A stretch of 64,000 bases of DNA from Felis catus. Its lineage: Eukaryota. Every line of letters begins with the position of its first letter. Position 1 is the stretch's first letter. The stretch lies in assembly GCF_018350175.1 (NCBI RefSeq), contig NC_058368.1, positions 193,690,001-193,754,000 of the forward strand. Direction: 5' to 3'. Positions 37,593 to 50,672 of this stretch are shown one piece after another. The position numbers and the translations under genes are program-made. The notes below the pieces were generated by a model. That model was not told the DNA's origin. It did no database searches and was given only the letters and a program-made list of their open reading frames with translations.

Positions 37593-38740
37593 AATCTCTG
37601 AGTAGTGAGTGTCTCTGTGGCTCCACTTAATTTTGCTTGAACAGACATAGACAAAATAAGGGATAAACTAGACAATCACTAACCAAATGATAAGAGGGTA
37701 ATTGAAGGAATAAATGTTAGTTAAAAAGCACATTTCCAGTGTATACCCTGAAATATCCAGGCTGTTCTTTTATCTCTTGCATTAGTATGACCAGCCTACC
37801 AAAGCTTTCAAAGTCCATAGCCATGATCTCATTTTATCCTCAGAACAATCCATGAGGGTTTGGAAACAAACTCACAGAATTCACTTTGCAATTAAGCAAA
37901 CTGATGCAGTGCAATACCTTCAAAAATTTCAGTGAGTTAGTGTTAGCACCAAGTTGAAATCCTGGCCTTGGACACCTAATGCAGAGCTGAGGGAACAGGG
38001 GGCTGATTTTTCTGAGTAGGTTTTGCCCTCCTCTTCAGTTTTCTACTGTCGATCCAGTTTCCAGTTAACTACAATCATAAGCTTTATCAGAAGCACCTTT
38101 TCTTTCTTTTATTACAATTCCCTTTTATTTTTTTTTAGTTCAGCTACTGAGCTTTAGAAGTGATCTCTGAAAAGAATAGATAATTAATTGCAGCTTACCT
38201 CCTGTCTCTAGTCTAGGAGGTCTGTGAAATATTGAATTAATTGATCCCAGAAGCCCAGTAATAGGAGAATAATGACTTTTTGTCACCCTCAGCCACATGC
38301 TGACAACATCAGTTTAGGAGATGGCGGTCTATGTCTTTTACTCTCTTGAATCTCCTCGGCTTATTTTCTGGACTCTCATCAGGAGGCAGTGATGGAATTA
38401 TTCTATATGCTTGTTAATTAAGACATGTGCAATGTGGCATCATTAGCGAGGCACAACCAGTTGGAACAAACCATGTTCCAAAGGAATAAATAGAAATGGA
38501 AATCTGTGCTTTTTTATAACCGGAATGCTCTCCACCACCCCTTTCTGCCTTACTGGTCCCAAACACACTCTTCATAGTCAAGTTCAAATCTCTTCTCCCA
38601 TGTCAACTCACTCTCTTCCTGATCTTTATCAGAATTTCTGAACTTTATCAGAAACATACTTTCTTTTCTTTTCCCTTTTATTTACTTTTCCTTTTTCCTT
38701 TCTCCTTTCCATCCCCCTCTGCCCCTGTCTCCCCTCCACT

Positions 38741-38741
<1 letters not shown>

Positions 38742-38826
<85 letters not shown>
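38742..38826. repeat. (TTTC)n microsatellite
   Basis: Direct reading. Confidence 0.95.
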
Positions 38827-38827
<1 letters not shown>

Positions 38828-39497
38828 AGCTTCAGAAATAATTTTCAAAAAGAATAGAAGCTTAATTATTGCAGGCTGTTTTCCTATCTCTTATCTAGGG
38901 GTCCATTACCCTACATGGAATTCAGAAAAGCTCCTCACCTCAACCCCATCCATCAATTACTTGGGGGAAACTCTAAACTGAGCAAAGCTCAGATTCCCTT
39001 ACTATAGGACTCAAGAGCCCTTATATCTCAAGGAGGGGAAATTAGTAGTCAGTGCCTCTTGTCTTTTCCATGCTTTTTGATTTCTAATCACATTTTACTT
39101 CACTTTCTATTTTATAGTGAAATTTATCTTTATCTATTTTTTAGCATGTGAAAAGCTTCTGTCTAAAATTAGGCTTTAAGCTTCTTGAAACTGCAGATAT
39201 AATAGATTTATTTTGTCGATCTCATAATACCCAGGATCCTACTGAGATTATGTTATTAATTTCATGTTTCAGATATGGGAATTAAGAGTAAGAGAATGAA
39301 GTGAGTATTTCTTACTATTTCTATCTTTGCCCAAGAACTTTTTGGCTATATGGCCTGTCACAGTTTCCTTGTCTGTAAAATGGGAATACTAATAGTATCT
39401 ACCTCATTTTTTTTTAAATAAGGATTAATTGAGTTACCTTACAGAAATTCTGTGGCATGCTGAATAGCATAAATAGTCAGTAAGGATTATGTATACT

Positions 39498-39805
39498 GGA
39501 GCACCTGGCTGGCTCAGTTGAAAAAGCATGCAGCTCTTGATCTCAGGGTTTTAAGTTCAAGCCCCAAGTTGTGTGTAGAGCTTACTTAAAAATAAAATCT
39601 TAAGGAGCTCCTGGGTGGCTCTGTTGGTTAAGTGTCTGATTCTGGATACGGACGTAGGTCGTGATCTCACGGTTGTGGGATCCAGGCCTGTGTCAGGCTC
39701 CCTGCTGAGTGTGGAGCCTACTTGGGATTCTCTCTCACTGCCCCTCCTCTGCTCATGTTCTCTCGCCCCCTCCCCCCAAAATAAATAAATAAACATTTAA
39801 AAAAT
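39498..39805 (+). mobile_element. Two tandem SINEs: short tRNA-like SINE (39498-39602) with a full SINEC (39604-39805) in its tail
   Basis: Two pol III heads 'ggagcacctggctggctcag' and 'ggagctcctgggtggctc'. Confidence 0.88.
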
Positions 39806-40258
39806 AGAGAATAAAATTTTTTAAAAATAATGAAATCTTTAAAAAAATTATGTGTGTTATTACATGCAGATTAATACATAAAAGAAAATAGAAAACATTG
39901 TGACCAATCAACAAATAACTATGCAGCTAAAGTCTTCAGCCAAGCTGTCTGTAGTTCAGCAACTATCATTTTGTCCCCATTTTATCTGAAATAGGAATAA
40001 CTTTTTTCCCTTGATGACTTTCAAGTAGTTTAGCCAGCCCCTTAAAGACAGAACAGCTTGACTGTGGAAGACATTCTATTCCAAGGTGTTGGGCTATAAC
40101 AGGATTCAACCCTAGGCTCACTTTGTTCTAATCAGGAAAGTTCTGTTCCTGTTTTATATGACCTCCCTCCAGAAAAAAAAAATATAATTTAGTTCTGGGG
40201 GGTTAAGGTAGAAGAACCTGGTCAATTTAAGCATATCTAAGCTTCACTATTTTTGTAG

Positions 40259-40349
40259 ACCCGCCCAGAAAACTATAATGAAAGCTTGAAAGAAGGGAAT
40301 GAGAAAAATAATCCAGTGGAAATAAAACTAATTACATAGTTGCAAGTGG
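40259..40349 (+). pseudogene. Candidate 91-nt exon (TRPENYNESLKEGNEKNNPVEIKLIT*LQV)
   Basis: gcttcactatttttgtag|...GTGG|gtgagt; one TAG (40337-40339); ends in phase 1, matching the 44710 exon. Confidence 0.42.
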
Positions 40350-41730
40350 GTGAGTATTTCAAATATGGAGTTATGAGTGATGGAGTACAGTACAAGAATG
40401 GGATCTGGAATAAGAGAACTAAGTTTCCAGTCCTGGCAAGATCAGTTTGTTGTGTGTGACAAAGCTGGAATTATGTTTTTTCCTCATCTGACATGGGTAC
40501 AATTATAGCAGCTACCCCATAGGATTGTGGTAAAATAGATAATATAGGGGAAATATAGATAATATAGGGTAAAATAGATAATATAGGGGAAATATATCCA
40601 GTAAACAGTCACTATTGTCATTAGAAGTGAAGGACAATGTTATAAGCATTCATCCATCCAGAAAATGTGATATCTCAGCATTGTTGTAGCCTATTCTTTG
40701 GATGGAACATAAAGCAATATACATAATCCACAAGAACATAACCTAAGGGAACAAAAAATTAGGACCAATTATTTGCACTACAATATTCTTCCAAGTCTTT
40801 GAAGAAAAAATGGCTCTCCTATGTATTTACGTTGAAAATACATAAACTTCCTTGGTCTACAATTTTTTTTTAATCCTAGGAAAGAGAAGGGCATTGAAGA
40901 AATATAAGACTGAATTTGATGAGTGTTTTTTGAGGGTCAATCACAGATAAGGATTAATATAACAGTATAGTCTATTCAAGCTGTGGAAAGTAGCATCTGA
41001 TTTGACACCCCTGATGGAATTTCCATAGCTTTGGAGGTGCAGAATGGAGTCATGCATAGAATGGTTGAGAACACAGACGCTGCTTTCAGATCGGGGTGCC
41101 ATTTGCAAGCCTGACATTGGTAAGCTGCAAAAATTTGGGCAAATATGTAGCCTTCAGCATCCTCACCAGTAATGGGGGAATATTAGCTTGTATGGACTAC
41201 AATGAAGACTGAATAAGATACCACATAGAAAGGCAAAACCCAGCCCTTATTAAACATCTAATCTAGCTGTCTTTCTTACCCTTGTACCTAGGGTACTGTT
41301 GTACCTTACGTGTAGTTACCTAGAGAGGCAGATTGTACAGGATCCTTTCTGTGTCTATTACATCTTCTTCAGTATGGAGATAAACAGATTATGAGCTGGT
41401 CAGGGCGTTAGAGATCATTTAGTTTCAAACCATATTTTCTCGGAAGGGTTTCTGATAATCCGATTAGCTTTGTCTGTTTAAAGCTGGGTTGTCTACATCC
41501 TGTTCCCCACAGTCCTCCATTGTCTTAATCCCCTGATGGACATTTGAGAATACAATGGAAAGGAATGGACCTGGAGACAGAGTCCAAAGGAGAGGAGAGG
41601 AAATCTAACCTGTTAGGAAACTTGGAATATATGTTGAGTTAAATCAGAGGAGAAACATGCCCCTAAGCCTGTTTCAAATAAGCCCATAGCCAAAGGCAAT
41701 CACTTGAAGCAAAAGAAAACATTGAGTTAA

Positions 41731-41975
41731 GGGTGCCTGGGTGGCTCAGTCAGTTAAGCGTCTGACTTTAGCTCAGGTCATGGTCTCACGGTTTGAGAGT
41801 TCAAGCCCCACGTCAGGCTCTGTGCTGACCGTCAGGCTCTGTGCTGACCGCTCAGAGCCTGGAGCCTGCTTCGGATTTTGTGTCTCCTTCTCTCTCTGCC
41901 CGTCTCTCGCTTGCTCTCTCTCTCTCAAAAATAAATAAGCACTAACAAACAAACAAACAAACAAACAAACAAAAA
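41731..41975 (+). mobile_element. Felid SINE with internal 19-bp duplication and (CAAA)n tail
   Basis: TSD CA(T/C)TGAGTTAA. Confidence 0.93.
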
Positions 41976-42835
41976 ACCCACTGAGTTAAATGAATTGAAA
42001 GTTGTGTGTGCCAAGGTGGAACATACTTGCTAACAGTGAGAGACCCATTTAATGAATATCTGCTAAGGTATAGATTTATGCACAACAAAATTCTGCGTTT
42101 GGCAGTTTTTTACTAGTCTGCATTTCAAGTTTGTACAAAAAGCTAATAATTTTTCTTGATCAGCCATTCTTCCCAAATGCGTTTAATCAGTGATAAGAAC
42201 AACAAAAAATATTCGTTCTATGCCTCACCCTTTATAGTTTTCTGTATGCTTTTTTCTGTGTTTGAAATAAAGCTGCTCTTTGGGGAAAGGGTTTAACAGG
42301 CTTGGGTAATGTTTTGAATATGGGTCAGCATGAAGGAGTGTCACAGCTGGATGTGTCCTTAGGAATCCTATTAGAGGTCATTTTCAATATGGGAAACCAA
42401 GATACCAAAGTGATTGATAGCAGGAAACCAGATTCTCCTGTAGAAATGTTTTATAAGCTTCCAGATTGTAAGGTCTAAGCTTGGGAAAAGTAAAGTGAAT
42501 GTTCATCTGCTTGTAGTGACTGAGATGCTTCATCTCTACCACCTCCATGCATATGACTTTGATGTTTGAAACTCTAATGTTCTTTGGGTCAGGCGTTACT
42601 TTTGCCATGTAAAGAGGTCATGGTCACATGCCACTAGCACCAAGCAGTGCAAATATAATATAGGATTTATTGGGGGAAGACTTAAATAGTAGAGTGTATA
42701 CAGTCTCTTGAAGTCTAATTTCCAAGGCTTAGGCCAGCCATAACTGTTCTGAAAGCATCATGGATAGCATTCCAGTGGAGAGGGGCCATGGTATAATACT
42801 GTATATATTTAAGGAGTCAGAGGGACAGTGAACAT

Positions 42836-43036
42836 CCAGTAGTAGACTGGAGGAGGCTTACACTGCCTCATAAAAGCTGATTGCACTCACCTCTTCCCAG
42901 TGGTGCCTTCATGACTTCACATTGTTAGCTTGGTATTGGCCATGGTGAGAGTGTTTACACATCAGAAATTGACAAATAATACAAAGTGGGGACTGTTTTG
43001 TTTTTTTTGAAAACTACTTTACTGGCACATCACTGC
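42836..43036. mobile_element. hAT MITE (MER63-like)
   Basis: Termini 'ccagtagtagactgg' / 'ctggcacatcactg' resemble MER63 TIRs. Confidence 0.55.
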
Positions 43037-44709
43037 AACTGTGTTATCATGGAAGCTTTCTGGTTAGAGAAGTGTCCTTGTTAGAAAGATGAAATCTCGG
43101 GAGCTAACTCAGATGTGCTGAGCTCACTCTGCAAAACTCCCCAAAAAGGATGGACGGGGAATGAGCCCTAAAGGGCCACCCAGATCTGTCCCTCAGTCAC
43201 TCTCTCCTAAAAGCCTCATTCTCCAAGGAGGAAAAAGAATTAAAATAACAGCTATGTTAAAGAGCCCTTACCTTATGCCAGCTACTGTGCTAAGCACTTT
43301 ACATACATTGTCATTGTGTTCTTAAAGCCATAGTTGGTATAACTGTTATTATTTTATAGATGGGGAAACTGAGGCCTATAGCATATCAAGCAACTTACTT
43401 GAGGAATTGAAGTTTCCAAAAAGGCAATGGTAAAGGTATGTCAGGTTCTAGACCTGGAAATGGTAAGCGTGACTGTTCTATTGATCACTCCTTTAAGATC
43501 ATGGCTCCTAATTTATGAACTGTAGATACCATTAAGAGGCAGGTACAAAATGAGCTGTAGAAGACTTTCAAGGATTAATTAAATCCATATGCACAGGAAT
43601 CATTGTCTGTAAGTCAAATAATTGTCCCAGATGTGTTCATACTACTGTTTTCCAATCTCAGTGCATATTGCTGAGAAGAATACACATTTATGTATTGAAT
43701 TTATATTAGTATTTGTATTCACATTAATTAAGTGCCTACTATATATATTTAAGACATTCCACCATGCACTGGGCATATAGCCCAGCAGTAGGTGGATATA
43801 TTTTCTTTATTAACAAATGCTATATAGACAATACTGTCATGTCAGGTGAACAAAAATGTTGCCATTACAAAGAACACATTCTTTTGGAAGTGTCTGGGAA
43901 CTCCTGCCTCTGGAGTGAATGCCTCTTACTACTATAGTCTTCCTTGCAAAGTTAGCTGCCATCTGTCCCATACCTGCCTCTATTATCAGATCTTGGGACT
44001 ACTATGATAGCTCTCTAAGTATCAGATATCACCCTCTGTTTTTCCTGGACCCTGATCTGCCAGGCTCTTCTTCGTAATGCTTAGCTTTCATATCATTGTT
44101 TCCTTGGCCAAGTCTAACCAACACAATATGGATTTAAGAATCAATGTATGTTCATTTGTCCAAACTTGTTATAAGTCAATATAAGTGAATCTTACTCTTG
44201 CTACTTTCATGTTGAGTATTCATTTATGGTGTTGTGTCTCTTTTATCCCCTCCACATCTACCACACGTATGCACAGACACACACCCCCCAAAAGAAAAGA
44301 ACAAAACAAAATAAAACAAAAAGCACACAAACAACAAACATACTTCTGAAGTATCTTTAACGTTTTGAGTAAAGATCCCATTTTACCAAAAGTTGAGGTG
44401 CTCATAAACTTTCAAAATATTCTTTCAGTAAGTCACAAGAATCTCCTCTGTCAGATCTAAAATCTGTGTCATTTCCTAATCCACATGCAATTTTTAAAAC
44501 TTATATTATTTCCAAACATAATTGATAACAGAAAAGTACTGTAGGTTAAGCATTCTATAGCAGATCTAGATAAATTAATTGGTTGTTACTCCTCAGCTAA
44601 TATGCTTTTTAAAATCAATTGTTATTTAACTTGAGAAAACCACCTTTTAGAATCTTAAAACCTATTCTGAGAACATTAATTTGAAATGTATCGCTCTTTT
44701 CTCCCCCAG

Positions 44710-44870
44710 CAATACGAGGTGCTGTTTTGTATGTGTGTAATCAGAATCTGCAAGGGAAAATTTTCCATATTCATCTTCAGAGACTATCTCTTGAAAGGAA
44801 AGCACATACTCTGGTTTTAAAAAAACATGATCAATACATTTTTTTCCCTCATGGTGTAGAAAATACCAAA
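44710..44870 (+). other. Candidate 161-nt coding exon (IRGAVLYVCNQNLQGKIFHIHLQRLSLERKAHTLVLKKHDQYIFFPHGVENTK)
   Basis: tcgctcttttctcccccag|...ACCAAA|gtaagt; one frame open throughout (phase 1 to 0); unique DNA; product not recognised. Confidence 0.5.
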
Positions 44871-45418
44871 GTAAGTCAAATATGATTTGGGGGGATAATT
44901 TGTAATTTATCTGGGGCAGTGTAGAAACTCTTGAACTGGTGTGGTGATGAAATCCGAAGAAATCATAGATGAGTCTAGGGCGTCTGTTCCCAGTCAACCT
45001 CCCCATCACAGCTTCAATATTGTGCTCATTGTGGAAATGTTTCTAGCACTCTGGTACTTTCTGCATGACCTCCTGCTTGTGAAACCACATGCTAGCACTC
45101 TATAGTTTCATTAGTGAAAGAAGGATAATTGGGAGATCTCCATTAGATTTCAAAGTGAACATCTGGTTGGGAACATTTGTAATTTTTTTAATTTTTTCTT
45201 TTTTTTTTTCTTTTTTGGCTTCTAAGGAGAACCTCATATTCAATACCAAGATGGGGGTATAATTGAGACCTTCCCTGCTGACAGTATAACTGCCTTTCAT
45301 TGCTAAGGCACAAATAATTACTTATAAAAAGAGCAGGTAGTCTGCTTAAAAAATCCAAATAAATGTTCTATGTACTTTTGCACATCTTTTGCTGCAAGCC
45401 TTCCTCATTCTCTCCTAG

Positions 45419-45650
45419 ATCAAGTGGCCACTCTTAAAAGAATCAACATGATGAATACACTGCCATCTGTCTTCTGTACATGTTTTCACTTTAATTTTTC
45501 TTTTCTTTTTCCACTTGTTGAAGATTGATTTTGTCCCTTCCCTAAAGCCTTCTACATCTGAAGCATATGGCATTCTATGTCTTCATACAGTTCTTTCATC
45601 CAGGGACTCAGTTGTGAATTTAGTAATAAATTGTATTTGCCTCTTTCCAC
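45419..45650 (+). other. Candidate terminal exon (IKWPLLKEST*, AATAAA at 45625-45630)
   Basis: ccttcctcattctctcctag|ATC; phase 0 matches upstream exon; TGA TGA at 45449; end approximate. Confidence 0.38.
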
Positions 45651-46469
45651 CAGTGAAAAGCAGGCAAAGAGGCTAAGAACTTTGTTTGTTGAGAGGCAAG
45701 AATGGAGCTTCAGCATATCAAGGTGGATTTAAGTGTAGTGTCAAATTCCAACCATGTCTCAAAGTTTATTGTTCTACCCATTGTACCTTGGTCTTTCTTT
45801 TTCTGTCTTGCCCTTTATAAAAAGCCCCCAAATTGTTGGTTATATAGAAAGCTACTGGTATTAGGGTGATATCATGGATTAGAAGCAAGAGAAACCTAAT
45901 CTGGTTACTTCAAACACAAACACACTTATTTAAAAAACCTAGACAACACAAAGGACCAATGGGAAGTCTAGAGGGTAAGGAGTGGCCATATGCAGAAACC
46001 AATTCATATTCTGCCTGTTTTTCAAGATTCAAAGTCCTGGGAGAGAGGAACCAATTCCTTGAATTTTGGGAATTTTGGGCATATGCCTACCACCAAACTT
46101 AACCTGGATGATAAGAGTATGGATTTGGCAATAGCCATCCCAAAGAAGTCCTTAACCATGGCAGCCTATCTCAAGCAAGGTACTACATTTGAAATCATAG
46201 AACAGAGAAAATGATTTATGTGACCATTTTCTCAATTTTTTCAAGAATGGTGCATAACTAGTACCATTCTACATGCATGGGGGAGAAATAATTGTGCACA
46301 ATGGATGCCTTAGGCCTCAAGGCTTATTTCTTTCCTGGAATCTAGTTAGCTCCATTTTGTAAAATAGGCATCTTAGTTTACGTGTCTACTGAGACTTCCC
46401 TTAAGAGGGAGATACAACTACTCAAAAGGAAATCAGAGTGTTAGTAGAAGTAGAAGCTGAACAGCCCCA

Positions 46470-46562
46470 AAATAAATAAATAAAATAAAATAAAATAAAA
46501 TAAAATAAAATAAAATAAAATAAAATAAAATAAAATAAAATAAAAATAAAAATAAAATAAAA
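46470..46562. repeat. (TAAAA)n pentanucleotide repeat
   Basis: Direct reading. Confidence 0.95.
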
Positions 46563-47125
46563 GTCTACTCTGCTACTTATACAATAAATTCTTGACAGTC
46601 ACAAGGCAGCATTTCCAAAGCGTTTCACATGAAATTGTAATATCCCTGAAGCCGCTGATAGGTGTACCTAGATGAAGGAATTCTTAGGGGAAAAGTTTGG
46701 GAAATACTGTATGCTAGAATCTTTCTGTAGGAGATTAACAGTATGAAAGGCTTTAAGAAGTCCTACCATGAAATAGTCATGAGATCTGTTCAACTGTGTT
46801 TCCTGAGCTTACATGATTATTGAATCTCAATAATACATTCCACAGAATTACTATCTCAAAGACTATACTTTAGAAAATGTCTTAAAAATATGTTCTGATA
46901 CTTTCAAGAATGCTCCAATTTGCCAATATCATTCTAGTGTTTAACTTTCCTATTTGACATGATAATAGTCAAAATGGAGGACCTTGAAATAATGCTTAAA
47001 TTTTTGTTATTCCTTGCCTGAATATTCACCATTCCCATACATCTTTTCATGTTTGCTCTGCCCAGATAATTTAACGTGACCTTCTTCTCTTACCTTGCAT
47101 TCATATTGAGAATTGCCTGGTGAGC

Positions 47126-47368
47126 TTTATTTTATTTTATTTTATTTTATTTTATTTTATTTTATTTTATTTTATTTTGTTTGTTTTTTGAGAGACAGAG
47201 ATAGAGCGTGAGTGGGGGAGAGGCAGAGAGAAAGGGAGACACAGAACCAAAAGCAGGCTCCAGGCTCTGAGCTGTCAACACAGAGCCCGATGTGGGCCCA
47301 AACTTCAAAACCAACAGATCATGACCTGACTCAAAGTCAGATACTTAACCAACTGAGCCACTGGTGCC
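47126..47368 (-). mobile_element. Felid SINE with (TTTTA)n tail
   Basis: SINE body 47185-47368. Confidence 0.9.
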
Positions 47369-47529
47369 TCTACCTGGGAAGCTTTAAATGCAATTGTCTT
47401 CCATCTCTAGCTATGAGCTTTGACCTATGTATAAATGGTACCTTAAAAGAATAGCCATTGATAGTGGGGAGCCATCACAAATAGCAGGAATTTTAAAAAT
47501 AAGCATAAAGAATATGAAGACATTCTGAC

Positions 47530-47715
47530 CCAATATTTCTGAAACTTTAATATGCATAAGCATCACCTAGAGGGCTTGTTGAAAGACAGATGGCTTGGTC
47601 ACACCTCAGATACTCAGTAGGTCTGGAGTGAGGCCTGAGAATTTGCACTTCTACAAGGTTTCCAGGTGATGCTGATGCTGCTGGTCCCAGGAGCACACTT
47701 TGAGAATCACTACCC
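47530..47715. mobile_element. MER5A-like MITE
   Basis: 'catcacctagagggcttgttgaaagacag...caggtgatgctgatgctgctggtcccaggagcacactttgagaa'. Confidence 0.85.
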
Positions 47716-48124
47716 AGAACATGAAAATTGATAATTTAGGGGTTTTCAGCCAGGTAGTCCCGTCTGCTTTCCAGGTTGGCATATGTACTTGTTTATATGA
47801 GAATATGCTGTCTTTTGCCAAGTGCTATGCACCTCTAGAAGTTTATTCCCTTTTTTTCTCCACTATAGAATGAAAAGAATCTTAGGCTGGTATTATGTTG
47901 TCCAGACTTGTCTACCATACAGTAAAGGAAAGTGATGTGGTCAAAACCAAGTTTTAAGAAGAACCTAGATTTGTGTTCACTGGGGATTGAAAGCAACAGG
48001 GACCATGTGAATTGTTACTCATAGGTATTTGACATGAGGGATAGATATCAAGAGGGATTTTTGATATTCATTATTAGAGACTGTTTCTGGAAATAAACTG
48101 ATATTCTAAAAACACTGATTACAT

Positions 48125-48325
48125 GGGGCACCTGGGTGACTCAGTCGGTTGAGTGTCCGACTCTTGATTTCCACTCAGGTCATGATCTCACGGTTGTGGC
48201 ATCCAGCCCTGTATCAGGCTCCATGCTCACGTTTGGGATTCTTTCTTTCTCTTTCTCTCTCTGTCCCTCCTACACTCACACCTGCACATGTGCTCTCTTT
48301 CTCAAAATAAATAAACATTAAAAAA
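48125..48325 (+). mobile_element. Carnivore SINE
   Basis: TSD AAAACACTGATTA. Confidence 0.92.
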
Positions 48326-49062
48326 GTAAAACACTGATTATAGATAGCCTCTGCCTCTGTGTAGATAAACCAGAATAAATTCAGGTGGTATGATTTGAAC
48401 TGTTCTCTCAGTCAGTAAAGTTATGGAGAATCATGTCTTTGTGAGGATCTTTTTCAGCTCTTAAACTATAGACATAAATAGAAATTTGACCTGAACCTTG
48501 TAACCAAAGCTTGAAATTGGTTTACTACAAAAGGTTAAACTAGTTGTTTTAAAGAAATAATGAAGTATCCTATCACATTTTATACCAATAATAAATAATA
48601 TATGATTCAATCTTACTTTAAATTATTTTATAATCTCTTTTAATGATGTTTATTTTACCACCTAAAACTTTGAAAAATTTTTACAGAACATGATATATTA
48701 AAATAGAAATGCTCATATATAATTTATGAATATACATATGCCAGAGTATAAGCATGTACATTTATGAATAAAATTTTCATTGATATGAATGTCAATAAAA
48801 AAGTTTTGGAAATTACTTCTTTAAGAAGTCCAAAATGTCATGGGGATGCTATGTGAGAATGAGACCTCTTTTGTGTGTATGGACCAATCCATCTAATGTC
48901 TATCAGGCAACATGTCAGCTCTACCACTCGTGAGTTAATGCTAACCCATTTCTATACGTTGTCCATAGGTTACCTTGCATTTGAATAGCTACTCAAATCT
49001 AAAATATTGAATTGGTTTTTGGTCAAGAGAAGATTTCTTTGAACCAGAACTATTAGCTGGTT

Positions 49063-49288
49063 TTTATTTTTTTAAAGTTTTTTTAACGTTTATTTATTTT
49101 TGAGACAGAGAGAGACAGAGCATGAATGGGGGAGGGTCAGAAAAGAGAGGGAGACACAGAATCCGAAACAGGCTCCAGGCTCTGAGCGGTCAGCACAGAG
49201 CCCAATGCAGGGCTTGAACTCACAGACTGCGAGATCATGACCTGAGCCAAAGTCGGACGCTTAACCGACTGAGCCACCCAGGAGCCCC
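49063..49288 (-). mobile_element. Felid SINE
   Basis: TSD CTATTAGCTGGTTTTT. Confidence 0.95.
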
Positions 49289-49619
49289 TATTAGCTGGTT
49301 TTTAATTCATGAGACCAGTGATCTTATAAGAGTGTATTACCACATGTTAAATTATAGTGAGGCATCAATTGCAAAAGATGAGCAGTGCTTTCAGGTGCTA
49401 GTCATGATCAATGGTTGCTAAGCAAGTGCTTAACCATAAGGATTCTGGCCATCACCTCTTGTTATCCGGCTCTCCAATTCTGAGCATAATTGGCAGAAAA
49501 AAGCAAAATGGAAAACATTAATTGTATGAGGGGAAAGAATCTCTGGAGTCCATTTCTGCTGTACTTATGATTTCCAGAATGCTAGAATACTAGGGTAGGA
49601 AATCTTTTGGTGATAATAA

Positions 49620-49860
49620 TAATAATAATAATAGATTTTTATACAGTTCTTACTCTAGACCAGGCACTGCTCTAAATATGTATTACTCCTTAATAAAAAG
49701 AAAAATCTTAAATGACATATACTATTATTATCCTCATTTTACAGATGAGGAAACTGAGACAGAGAGGCTTGCCTAAAGTTAAACAGCTAGTAAGTAGCAG
49801 AGATAAGATTCAAAATGAGGTCATCTAATTCCAGAAGTTGGACTTCTAACTACCTCACTA
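49620..49860 (-). mobile_element. MIR (one of many MIR fragments in the window)
   Basis: Core 'attatcctcattttacagatgaggaaactgagacagagagg'. Confidence 0.85.
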
Positions 49861-50073
49861 TGTCCAGTGGTCCTAGACCAAAGAGTAAATGTCAGAATCA
49901 AGAGAAGGAATTCTTAAAAATTACAATGGCCACAATTTCACTGTAGACCTAGTGCATTGGGAATCCTGATCTACAAACTCCCAACCTACCTGCACCTATG
50001 CCCACAAACCTTAGGAACCAATGCCTTTATCCAACATCTTTGTTTTATGACAAGGGAAATGAAATCTTACCTG

Positions 50074-50672
50074 TGTATTACAGGGTTAACTTGGCAGACC
50101 TGGGCTGCTCCTGGGCAATCCTTGATTAGTTCCTAAAAGACAGACTCTGAACCCTTGGATTATCTTGCCTGATAAGAGTCCTTAGATACATGGGGACTTC
50201 GGTCATGCCATAGAGTTTACACCAACAATGTAATTTATGATGAATGTCTATTTTTATTCACCTGTGGCTCTGGGTCATGATATTTGGCCTCTAAGGAGGT
50301 GGTGATGAGTTAGCTAAGGTCATTCACACAGCTGCCCCATGCCAGTGTGAATGACTTCCACTCTGGATACCAACGCTCAGGTGAGCTTCTCTGGCTGGCA
50401 ATGCTTTGTGCATGTTTTCACATATTGTGCTGGGAGAATTAATTGTGGTCTGTCTGTGTGCCTCCACTGGGATAAAATAGCTAGGAGCTTGTACCTGGTT
50501 ACTCCTGTACTCTGTCCTATGTGCCTTTTACCTTTACTAATTTTAATCCGTATTGTTTTGCTATAATACACTGATATTGTGAATGTGACAATTTATCTGA
50601 ATTCTTGTTAGCCTTCTCTGATGATTCACTAGAAGGCTAAAACTGAAGATGGTTTTGTGGATCCCTAGCACC
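50074..50672 (+). mobile_element. Old LTR (MER21-like)
   Basis: 'ggctctgggtcatg', 'ctcaggtgagcttctctggctggcaatgct', 3' end 'gatggttttgtggatccctagca' resemble MER21. Confidence 0.65.

Noticed and set aside
39273..39300. AG...GTGAGT mini-exon candidate (similar ones near 17500, 19550, 26920-26983)
   Set aside because: Within MIR/L2 remnants or with weak acceptors, and no frame support; typical pseudo-exons.
39498..39602. tRNA-like sequence with A/B boxes
   Set aside because: No acceptor stem or cloverleaf, and it has an A-rich tail; it is a tRNA-derived SINE, not a tRNA gene.
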